A DNA stretch of 47,899 bases, filler included, from Stramenopiles sp. TOSAG23-2 (lineage: Eukaryota), in the NCBI GenBank assembly GCA_900128395.1. It is 2 parts of 2 records of this genome, joined end to end, with 100 filler letters (N's around TTAATTAATTAA, not from the genome) between each part and the next. Parts side by side here need not be neighbours in the genome. Positions count along the whole stretch, not along the records: positions 24,017 to 47,899 come from LT649477.1; 1 more part is not named here. One strand, written 5' to 3'. Every line of letters starts with the position of its first letter. Within the stretch, counting starts at the first letter, position 1. Positions 46,605-47,899 of the stretch are shown here, one piece after another. Made by a program: the position numbers and the translations under genes. The notes beneath the pieces were generated by a model. That model saw nothing but the letters and a program-made list of their open reading frames with translations, had not been told where the DNA came from and made no database searches.

Positions 46605-47899
46605 CAGAATAACTTAGTAATAATTTTGCTGCATCCACATTACTGTTACTGCATGCTGCAAATAATGGTGACTGTCCCCTATCTGTACACTGGTTGTAAT
46701 CAAGTTTCCATAGAACTAATAACTTAATTGCTTCTGTGGCGCCACCATATGCAGCGTAAAATATTGCAGATGCACCAACGTCACTGTTGTTTTCATCTGT
46801 GCCACCAGACTCAGTACAAAAGATATCAGCTTTGTTACTTTTCAACAACTTCATTACTTCGAGATTACCAAATTGACATGCAACTAGAAATGGCGTTGCA
46901 CCATTATCTGTTCTTGTTTTATTGATATCAATCGATTCTTGATTTAACAATGCATTTACTATATCTGTATGGCCGTTTAAACATGCGATATAAAGTGGTG
47001 TTCGACCATTATCTGTTGTTGCTTTATTTATATCAATAGATTCTTGATTTATCAATGCATTTACTATATCTGTATGGCCTTGAGAACATGCTACATAAAG
47101 TGGCGTTTCACCATCATCTGTTGTTGCTTTATTGATATCAATCGATTCTTGACTTAACAATGCATTTACTATATCTGTTTGATCTTTTAAACATGCAGTA
47201 TAAAGTGGCGTTCCACCATCATCTGTTGTTGCTTTATTGATATCAATCGATTCTTGATTTATCAATGCATTTACTATATCTGTATGGCCTTGAGAACATG
47301 CAGTATAAAGTGGCGTTTCACCATCGTCTGTACATGATTTATTGATATCAATCGATTCTTGACTTAACAATGCATTTACTATATCTGTATGGCCGTTTAA
47401 ACATGCAATATAAAGTGATGTCCAACCATCATCTGTTGTTGCTTTATTGATATCAATCGATTCTTGACTTAACAATGCATTTACTATATCTGTATGACCT
47501 TGAGAACATGCTACATAAAGTGGCGTTTCACCATCATCTGTTGTTGCTTTATTGATATCAATCGATTCTTGACTTAACAATGCATTTACTATATCTGTAT
47601 GGCCTTGAGAACATGCAGTATAAAGTGGTGTCCAACCATCATCTGTTGTTGCTTTATTGATATCAATCAATTCTTGATTTAACAATGCATTTACTATATC
47701 TGTATGACCTTGAGAACATGCTACATAAAGTGGCGTTTCACCATCGTCTGTACATGATTTATTGATATCAATCGATTCTTGACTTAACAATGCATTTACT
47801 ATATCTGTATTGCCGTTTAAACATGCAATATAAAGTGATGTCCAACCATCATCTGTTGTTGCTTTATTGATATCAATCGATTCTTGACTTAACAATGCA
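46549..47899 (-). CDS. Ankyrin-repeat protein, 3' part (5' end outside window); near-identical 35-aa/105-nt units
   Basis: Nine units of DINKxxTDxGxTxLYxACxxxxTDIVNALxxQExI, followed by three more divergent ankyrin repeats. Confidence 0.95.
   Translation of the reverse strand, partial: ALLSQESIDINKATTDDGWTSLYIACLNGNTDIVNALLSQESIDINKSCTDDGETPLYVACSQGHTDIVNALLNQELIDINKATTDDGWTPLYTACSQGHTDIVNALLSQESIDINKATTDDGETPLYVACSQGHTDIVNALLSQESIDINKATTDDGWTSLYIACLNGHTDIVNALLSQESIDINKSCTDDGETPLYTACSQGHTDIVNALINQESIDINKATTDDGGTPLYTACLKDQTDIVNALLSQESIDINKATTDDGETPLYVACSQGHTDIVNALINQESIDINKATTDNGRTPLYIACLNGHTDIVNALLNQESIDINKTRTDNGATPFLVACQFGNLEVMKLLKSNKADIFCTESGGTDENNSDVGASAIFYAAYGGATEAIKLLVLWKLDYNQCTDRGQSPLFAACSNSNVDAAKLLLSYSDINVNDSFGYQTPLDVVI

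Overview
AT-rich eukaryotic nuclear DNA with the standard genetic code, short GT-AG introns with CTAAC-like branch points, and Asn/Thr/Asp homopolymer-rich proteins. A heterotrophic protist such as a stramenopile is my inference only. The window is two pieces joined by an artificial 100-nt linker (N44-TTAATTAATTAA-N44, 23917-24016), so left/right linkage is not evidence of real adjacency. Recognisable genes: a DHHC-family palmitoyltransferase with a DHFC variant, a Pol mu/TdT-type X-family polymerase, Rab11, tRNA dimethylallyltransferase, a secreted GH43, CPSF100 with an unusual N-terminal SAP domain, NAA10, RBBP4/MSI1 and a large HEAT/ARM protein. Most interesting: (i) an MLKL-like 4-helix-bundle + coiled-coil + LRR gene and near-identical ankyrin and TPR arrays varying mainly at predicted binding positions, a candidate diversifying innate-immune repertoire; (ii) a CaaX-tailed protein built from ~10 stathmin/TCP11-N-like units; (iii) a recurrent intergenic TAGCA-N5/6-TAGCA element; (iv) an unrecognised ~75-aa domain in three copies. 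Several short duplications and a displaced, inverted GH43 3' end look like assembly or amplification artefacts. All family assignments are from motif recognition by eye; no searches were run.
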